DNA of 64,000 bases from a virus. The notes beneath the pieces were generated by a model that was given only the letters and a program-made list of their open reading frames with translations, was not told the DNA's origin and made no database searches. Made by a program: the position numbers and the translations under genes. The first letter of the stretch is position 1; every line of letters begins with the position of its first letter. This document shows positions 57,585-64,000 of the stretch, piece by piece. The stretch is taken from positions 32,001-96,000 of the IMG/VR virus record IMGVR_UViG_3300020447_000001; one strand, given 5' to 3'.

Positions 57585-59290
57585 AAGTGGCGATGGAGGT
57601 ACCAATGTCAGTGCAACGGTCACGGTTGACCGTTCGTGAGTATCGACAAGTTCTTAAGGCGTTGTGTAACAGCCCAGAATTATTTGAGGTATTTCGCGAA
57701 CAACTCGAAGTATCACACTTCGGGATTTTAGAGACGTATCAACTTGTTTATCGTGTTTTGTTAAATTTTTATGCTAAGTACGATGAACTCCCTACACCTG
57801 AATTGATGTGGGTTGAAGTGGAGTCTCTTCTGGAGAGTATGCCGGAGCATTTTTCTACGGAAGAGCTGGAAGACTTAGAAGATTTCCTAAACCAAGATTG
57901 TGATGGGCATTCTATTGATGCAGCGATGCATAAGTGGGCATCGTCTAAGATAAGGCAGTTGATTGAAGAGTCTGTTCTTCATGAGATGGCTGCGAAGGCA
58001 ACGTCTGAAGTATTGCCAGTTAGTCTTCCTGATATGCTAGAAGGCTGGGAGGAAAAACTTACAACAATACAGTCGTTGGGTTTTACGGAGTCTTCTACTC
58101 AAACGTATCCGCCTAAGTGGGATCGTGTGGCTGGTTTGGCTTTGCGGTCTACTGGGTTATCGTTTCTTGATGATTTTTTGGCGGGCGGTCATTGTCCTGG
58201 CGAAGTATATGGAATATTAGCTCCTTACGGGACTTGTAAAACTACGCTTGCTGCGATGGTATGTTGTAACGAGGCTAGGCACGCACAAGCTGTTAGATTA
58301 GAGACAGCGGGGTCTGGTGGATATCGTGTGGGTCTTTCGGTTTTGGTGTCGTATGAGGCTCCAAACTCACCAGAGTTACAACACCGTTTTCTTATGTATA
58401 TGGGGCAGATACAGCGAGCTTCTTTAGCTGCGATGGACTCTACCGGTATACAGAGTCTTTCGGGAGATGTATTAAATCCGCTGCAATATGAGCGACAGAG
58501 ATTTGCTCAGCAGATATCAGACGGTATGTTTAGGACAGAACGTGACCGTGTATCAGAAGTTGTATCTGTTATGAATGAACATTCATTGGTACTGGATATG
58601 ACGGGAAGTGACGAGTCTTTTCGAGGAGCGGGAGGTGGCGGTTTGAAGGAGATTGCTTCTCGATTAAAAGCTGAAATTAGTCATCGTTCGCGGGATAGTA
58701 TCCATGATTATTATATAGAGAACATAGTCATTGATTACGTTGGCGCGATGGTGAAGCGGCATTTAGCTTTTGCTGGTGACGATTCGTCAGATCTTCGCCA
58801 TCGAATTACAGAGGCTCCTCTGATGGCAGCAAATCTTCTAGCTAAGCCCTTTAAGTGTCCTGTGTGGTTGGTGCATCAGCTTTCTGGTCAGGCTAATGCT
58901 TCGTTTAAGCCGGGAGCTAGATTACACCATACGGATTCGGCGGAATCTAAGTCATTCGCAGAGAACTTAGATTTTGCTTTTGTGATTGGTAATTTGAACG
59001 AAAAGAATCAAGGACAGATTTCATGCACTAAACATCGACGTGCTGCCTCTAAACCTGCGAGGGTTATAGAGGTTGACGGCGATTTTAATACTGTTGTTGC
59101 ACGTGACGATTTATACATTGATCCGTCTAGGATGACAGTGGTTGATCGTGATATTGCACAAACAGTCGGGTATGCGACGCCTGTTACAAATGCGCATCAA
59201 AATGAGCAGGAAAATTTAAATCACAATGAAGAAGTAGTAGAGTGGGATCATTATCATGACAATGACGGAAGTGAGCCAGGTACTGAATAA
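57578..59290 (+). CDS. dnaB: DnaB-like replicative helicase
   Basis: TGLSFLDDFLAGG, APYGTCKTT, VSYE, IVIDY, VHQL. Confidence 0.75.
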   Translation: MLKVAMEVPMSVQRSRLTVREYRQVLKALCNSPELFEVFREQLEVSHFGILETYQLVYRVLLNFYAKYDELPTPELMWVEVESLLESMPEHFSTEELEDLEDFLNQDCDGHSIDAAMHKWASSKIRQLIEESVLHEMAAKATSEVLPVSLPDMLEGWEEKLTTIQSLGFTESSTQTYPPKWDRVAGLALRSTGLSFLDDFLAGGHCPGEVYGILAPYGTCKTTLAAMVCCNEARHAQAVRLETAGSGGYRVGLSVLVSYEAPNSPELQHRFLMYMGQIQRASLAAMDSTGIQSLSGDVLNPLQYERQRFAQQISDGMFRTERDRVSEVVSVMNEHSLVLDMTGSDESFRGAGGGGLKEIASRLKAEISHRSRDSIHDYYIENIVIDYVGAMVKRHLAFAGDDSSDLRHRITEAPLMAANLLAKPFKCPVWLVHQLSGQANASFKPGARLHHTDSAESKSFAENLDFAFVIGNLNEKNQGQISCTKHRRAASKPARVIEVDGDFNTVVARDDLYIDPSRMTVVDRDIAQTVGYATPVTNAHQNEQENLNHNEEVVEWDHYHDNDGSEPGTE

Positions 59291-60326
59291 ACAGTTGTAC
59301 TTAAGTTGTAAACAAATATTTAGTTATGTAAGGATACAAAATAAGGGCGAGAGCCAGCAGCGACAGGTGGGTTACGACGTTAGGACAAACACTCACAAGG
59401 CTCATGTCCGTTACTCAGGAGAGTATTACATTGTTAGTTGCCCGTTCTGCAACGATACTCGATATAGGTTGTATATTAACCACAGGTTCGGTGTACCTGA
59501 CGAGTTTGGCAGGCCAGAGCTTCACCTAGCACATTGCTTTAATGAAGATTGTCTTTCAGACTATCGAAACCGTGAAAAATTATATGATTTAGTTCGTGGG
59601 CACTTTACGTTTGAGCCGGTTGTAAAAAAGGGTAAACAAGTTGTCGCGTCAGATTTCACTGCTAGTTGGCCGGGGGAGGTTATACGTGTTGATAAACTCC
59701 CTGAGGATCATACAGCAAGATCTTACTTAGACTCTCGCGGTTTTGACCCGAATAGAATTGGTACGTACTACAACGTACATTTCTGCCACAGTAGTGACAG
59801 GTGGTTGTGTAAGAATCGTCTAATTATTCCCATCTATCAGAATAAGAAGATGCGTGGGTGGCAGGCGAGATATGTGGGTGAGCTAGACTGGAAGGACCCC
59901 AGCACACCTCCTAAGTATTACACATGTCCGGGCACACCTAGGGCTCAATTACTTTATAACCTAGGCAACGCGTCTAACTATCACACAGGTGTTATCACTG
60001 AGGGTGTGAGTGATGTATGGTCTATCGGCCCTATGGGTGTTTGTACGTTTGGTGCGAGTATGACGGGAAAACAACAGAGTATGTTTATTTCGGCTTTCAA
60101 GGATCAAGCGGGCATCCTTCTTTTCGATCCAGAGGAGATGGAGAAGGCGGCGATTCAAATGTTAATTAGTAACATGAGAGGAAAGTTCAAGAATGGTTTT
60201 GCTGCGGTAACTCTTCCGGACGGTGTAGATCCTGGTTCATTGGAACGGGATACTTTAAGAAGCTACATTGTGGAAAAGGCGTTAGAACAGAAGTGTGTAG
60301 TTTCATGGAAAAGAAAGGAAGGCTAG
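59256..60326 (+). CDS. DNA primase (zinc finger + TOPRIM)
   Basis: CPFCND...HCFNEDC; RLIIPI..GWQAR; ITEGVSD; DGVDPG. Confidence 0.85.
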   Translation: MTMTEVSQVLNKQLYLSCKQIFSYVRIQNKGESQQRQVGYDVRTNTHKAHVRYSGEYYIVSCPFCNDTRYRLYINHRFGVPDEFGRPELHLAHCFNEDCLSDYRNREKLYDLVRGHFTFEPVVKKGKQVVASDFTASWPGEVIRVDKLPEDHTARSYLDSRGFDPNRIGTYYNVHFCHSSDRWLCKNRLIIPIYQNKKMRGWQARYVGELDWKDPSTPPKYYTCPGTPRAQLLYNLGNASNYHTGVITEGVSDVWSIGPMGVCTFGASMTGKQQSMFISAFKDQAGILLFDPEEMEKAAIQMLISNMRGKFKNGFAAVTLPDGVDPGSLERDTLRSYIVEKALEQKCVVSWKRKEG

Positions 60327-63300
60327 TGATGGCAAGAATTCGTAGAAATCTGGCGATTGACAATAGGGCTTCTCCTTCGGGTGGTGCTATGTCTAAGTCA
60401 GCGTTGAGTTACCAGAAAACGTACAATAAGCTTCGCAAGGCCGTTGAAGATTCTAGTATGTATCCGTTGAATGCGCCAGGGATGCCTGTACCTCCTCCTG
60501 GTGGTTGTTTTGTTTCCTTAGCAAAAGGATTAGGAGACAATGAAACTTCTATAGCTGAAAAGACTCGCGGCGGTAAAAAAGTAACTGAATTCACACCAAG
60601 CGAGCTATTAGATCGGTTGTACGTTGAAGCGTTACGCAAGCCGAATTTTCAGTGCAAGGTTTCTGTGGGACCACATAGAGAACAGCTAGCTTCTTTTGTT
60701 CCAGGGCATATTTGGAGTCAGAATCTAGATGTAGTGGACGCTGTAGATGGACCACATCCTGCGGATGTGATGATCATTGGCAAGATGCCGTGGCGAGAAG
60801 AGGTTCGTGAAGGTCGTAATTTGTGGGGTGACACTGGTGTATTGTTGCGTGAAATTTTAACCGAGCTTCGAATTTGTGGCTGGGCTAATTGGTATGTGAC
60901 TAACGTTCTTAAGTTTATGCCTCCGGATTACTCCACACGCATTAAAGCTTCGTGGATTAAGGATTGTCTTCCTCTGTTGCATCAAGAGTTACGTATTGTT
61001 AGGCCTAAATATATTTTGTGTCTTGGTACGGATGCGAGTAAAGCTCTTCTGGGAACCAAATATTCTGTGACGCACATGGAAGGTCGTGTCGAAGATCTCT
61101 CGTTTCCTACGGCGTTTGATCAGAAAGATCCTGAAGGAGACCGCACACATACAGCTAAAGTTATGACTGTGGTACATCCAGCACAGGTATCTCGTGATCC
61201 ATCTTCACGTCGGCAGCTGGAGCGTGGACTGGGACGTTTTGGGCAGCTTATTCGAGGGGTAAACCCAGCAGGAGAAGAAGAGGATTTAGATCATCGAACT
61301 ATTAGCAGTGTTGGTGATCTTTTTCATACACTCGTTGAAATTGAAAAAGATCCTGTGTTCCGTAAATCTAATGTTATTGCGGTGGATGCAGAGTGGCATG
61401 GAAATCATCCTGGTAACGAGGGAAGTTATTTGAGAACGGTTCAGTTTTCGTGGTTACCTAAGAAGTCGGTTGGTGTCTGTTTGACTGGCCCAGGAGGCAA
61501 ATCTGTTTTTGATCCAGACATTAAAGCTTGTATGTATTTGCTTACAGAGTTCTTTTGTGGGGGGGAGCTTTATGGGCATAAGTTCCGTAAGAAACGAGTA
61601 GTGGGTCATTTCTTTAACGCGGATCTCGAGTGGCTTGTGCATTACGGGTTAGATCTTCGTAACGAGTTTGCGGCACCACTTTATGACTTAGAACTCGCAG
61701 ACGAGGATAAGAATTCGTTACGGTACAAACACTACGCTTCCCTTGGGTTTAAGGCAGATGATGCGGTACCTGCTTGGTACCGTACGAAATATGAGGGTGG
61801 AGCCGATACAGGTTTAATGGCGCACGCTATTGAAGAGACAGCTCAATATAAGTTGGAGTCTCTTGCAATTCGTTACACTACATGCCCTCGATACGACTCC
61901 GATTTGAGCGACTGGAAAACGTCTTATTGCAAGGAGCAAGGGTTATCTTCTAAGGACTTGGAGGGGTACGGAGAGTGCCCAGACGAAGTACTTTTACCAT
62001 ACGGTATTTACGATGCGGACGTAACGCTTCGTCTCTTCTACGAGTTTGATGTTCTTCTTGACAGTGATTACGAGGGTAATAATTGTCGAGAGGCGTTCTG
62101 GGAAAGTCAGATAGCTGCTCCGGCAGTCTTGGAGATACACCAGAGTGGAGTTCGTCTAGATATGGAGCGTGTCGAATCGCTAACAATAGCTTTCCTCGCT
62201 GCTCGTGAGGAAAAGGTAGAGAAACTTCGAGAGTTGATTAGCTGGTCAGAGTTCAATCCGAGGTCGTTGATTCAGGTGCGTGAGTTTCTGTACGGTGTCA
62301 AGTTAAACGGTAAGAAGACGGAGGACGGGCAGCCTGTGCGAGTGAGCCCCGCTGATGCGTTGCGTTTGAATTTAGAGCCTTTGTTCGATACGTCGAAACC
62401 ACCTAAGCCTTGGACAGATATTCGTGTTAAAGGCAAGGAGGATGAGCATACCCCTTCGACGGGAAAACAAGCTTTAGCTTTGCTAGCGCAAGACGCGTAT
62501 GACGTGCAGTACGATTTAAAGGATTCTCTTACGGCTGCTGACTACATTAATATGCTGAGGGACTATCGTTTTCTAGACCAAGTCGTAAAGACTGTTCTTC
62601 GCCCTCCTGAGATGTTGGATGACGAGTTCGTTAGAGATGAGGATGACGAGCTTGTTTATAAAGAAGGACTAGCTGGTCATATGTGCGACGATGGTCGTGT
62701 CCGAACGCATATTTATCAAACTAAGGAAACAGGTAGGTGGGCTTCTGCACGCCCTAACTTGCAGAATATCAGTAAGAGCCGGGATAACGATTACAAGCGA
62801 TTACTTGGCGATCGATATAAAAACAAGTTGAGGAGTGTTATGTGTGCTTCTCCGGGATGTGTGCTGGTTGAGGCAGATTATATTGGGGCGGAATTATTTG
62901 GAATGGCGATTATGTCTAATGATCGTCGTATGATAGATCACGCACAACGTAATCAGCTTGGCGAGTCGCACCCTGAGTTTTACGACATTCACTCGAATGT
63001 TGCGAAGTTATCGTTTGGTTTAGAGTGTGAGCCTACTAAATCTGCTATGGCGGCTATTGATAAGTCACATCTTCGCATAGTGGCTAAGAGCGTGATATTC
63101 GGTATTGCATATGGTCGAGGGGCTAAAGCAATTGCCATGGCAGCTAAGGAGCAGGGCATTAGCGTGAGTATTGATGATGCGCAGCGCATTGTCGACACGA
63201 TTTTTTACATGTACCCAGGGCTAAAGCCGTTTTTTGCTGAGTGCCAAGATAGGGCCAACAGAAAACCTCGCCAGAATAGCGAAGTAAATTATGAGGGGTG

Positions 63301-63769
63301 GTTAGTTAACTGTTTTGGCCGGTATAGGCGGTTTCCCCCGGTGGCAGAAGACGATCGTGGGTTGCAAGGCGAATTTGGTAGACAAGCTATGAACTTCCCT
63401 ATACAGTCAATGATCGCCAGTGTAGTTTCTCGTGCGATGGGTTATCTATATCAGGCGCGTTTAGATACAGGTGACCCTGGTTTGTTTAAGGTTTTGTTGC
63501 AGATCCATGACGCTGTTTTGTTGGAGGTGCCTTATGAAAATGTGAAGTTTGTGGCGGAGGAAATATTACCTTTTGCCATGCGGGAATGCGTTCCGATTTA
63601 CCCTACTGATTTAGATGGAGCGGCTACCACCAAGGAGCCTTACTATTTAGGTATTGAGGCAGACATGATGTTGCATTGGGGTGAGACTCTTTCTACAGAG
63701 AAAGCACAGAAACTAGGTTTGCCTACGGGTACTTCTACAAAGAACGGAATGGTTATGAACTACACTTAA
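60293..63769 (+). CDS. polA: Family A DNA polymerase with N-terminal uracil-DNA-glycosylase-like domain and 3'-5' exonuclease
   Basis: UDG4-like TNVLKFMPP, ELRIVRPKYILCLG, VVHPA; Exo DAEW, NAD, YDAD; Pol TGRWAS.PNLQNI, ADYIGAE, KSVIFGIAYG, NFPIQS, QIHD. Confidence 0.95.
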   Translation: MCSFMEKKGRLVMARIRRNLAIDNRASPSGGAMSKSALSYQKTYNKLRKAVEDSSMYPLNAPGMPVPPPGGCFVSLAKGLGDNETSIAEKTRGGKKVTEFTPSELLDRLYVEALRKPNFQCKVSVGPHREQLASFVPGHIWSQNLDVVDAVDGPHPADVMIIGKMPWREEVREGRNLWGDTGVLLREILTELRICGWANWYVTNVLKFMPPDYSTRIKASWIKDCLPLLHQELRIVRPKYILCLGTDASKALLGTKYSVTHMEGRVEDLSFPTAFDQKDPEGDRTHTAKVMTVVHPAQVSRDPSSRRQLERGLGRFGQLIRGVNPAGEEEDLDHRTISSVGDLFHTLVEIEKDPVFRKSNVIAVDAEWHGNHPGNEGSYLRTVQFSWLPKKSVGVCLTGPGGKSVFDPDIKACMYLLTEFFCGGELYGHKFRKKRVVGHFFNADLEWLVHYGLDLRNEFAAPLYDLELADEDKNSLRYKHYASLGFKADDAVPAWYRTKYEGGADTGLMAHAIEETAQYKLESLAIRYTTCPRYDSDLSDWKTSYCKEQGLSSKDLEGYGECPDEVLLPYGIYDADVTLRLFYEFDVLLDSDYEGNNCREAFWESQIAAPAVLEIHQSGVRLDMERVESLTIAFLAAREEKVEKLRELISWSEFNPRSLIQVREFLYGVKLNGKKTEDGQPVRVSPADALRLNLEPLFDTSKPPKPWTDIRVKGKEDEHTPSTGKQALALLAQDAYDVQYDLKDSLTAADYINMLRDYRFLDQVVKTVLRPPEMLDDEFVRDEDDELVYKEGLAGHMCDDGRVRTHIYQTKETGRWASARPNLQNISKSRDNDYKRLLGDRYKNKLRSVMCASPGCVLVEADYIGAELFGMAIMSNDRRMIDHAQRNQLGESHPEFYDIHSNVAKLSFGLECEPTKSAMAAIDKSHLRIVAKSVIFGIAYGRGAKAIAMAAKEQGISVSIDDAQRIVDTIFYMYPGLKPFFAECQDRANRKPRQNSEVNYEGWLVNCFGRYRRFPPVAEDDRGLQGEFGRQAMNFPIQSMIASVVSRAMGYLYQARLDTGDPGLFKVLLQIHDAVLLEVPYENVKFVAEEILPFAMRECVPIYPTDLDGAATTKEPYYLGIEADMMLHWGETLSTEKAQKLGLPTGTSTKNGMVMNYT

Positions 63770-63781
63770 CGAGGATTATAC

Positions 63782-64000
63782 ATGTTTATCGTCATAGAAG
63801 GAGTTGACGGTTCGGGTAAGGGTACGCAGACAAAACGTCTTTTTGCGTACCTAGCCTCCCAAGGCAAGGATGTGGCTCAGTTTTCTTTTCCGCGTTACCA
63901 ACAAACAGTACACGGAAAGTTAATTGGCGAGTATTTAAACGGGCAGTACGGTGATGTTCACATAAAGATCGGCAGCACGTTATTTGCAGTGGATCGTTTT
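63782..64000 (+). CDS. tmk: Thymidylate kinase, 3' partial (not in ORF track)
   Basis: MFIVIEGVDGSGKGTQTKRL...FSFPRY...LFAVDR. Confidence 0.9.
   Translation, partial: MFIVIEGVDGSGKGTQTKRLFAYLASQGKDVAQFSFPRYQQTVHGKLIGEYLNGQYGDVHIKIGSTLFAVDRF

Noticed and set aside
1-64000. Alternative genetic code or stop-codon recoding
   Set aside because: Long conserved genes are intact in code 11 and end in TAA, TAG and TGA with tight coupling.

Overview
The window looks like part of a large dsDNA tailed-phage genome read with the standard genetic code. The host is probably a Planctomycete-like bacterium, an inference from a stand-alone RNAP alpha-CTD, a DUF1257/DUF2997/Ycf46-type module and a CAP protein. 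Layout: 1-11.6 kb structural/tail genes, including a collagen-like fibre and a GT9-GT2 glycosyltransferase. 11.6-19.5 kb early/accessory genes separated by repeated hairpin+RBS modules, with candidate ncRNAs. 19.5-27 kb an AAA ATPase module and a GHKL ATPase. 28-33.5 kb minus-strand late genes, including the terminase large subunit. 34-38 kb RNase H, dCTP deaminase, a nuclease and alpha-CTD. 40.5-41.8 kb iteron-like repeats and a perfect 48-bp inverted repeat around one gene. 42-49.9 kb small accessory genes. 49.9-64 kb replication genes: SbcCD, SF2 helicase, DnaB-like helicase, primase, UDG-fused PolA and dTMP kinase. The standout is 38212-40486: a Cas7/RAMP-like gene, a partner gene, and an ~800-nt non-coding array of 15 units built from (GGY-NN) pentamers in near-strict 5-nt register. 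The units are punctuated by GGCAGTC and closed by a terminator, making this a candidate RNA-guided system with a non-contiguous guide code. A second RAMP-like gene lies at 54584-55117. All family assignments come from motif recognition by eye, not from database searches.
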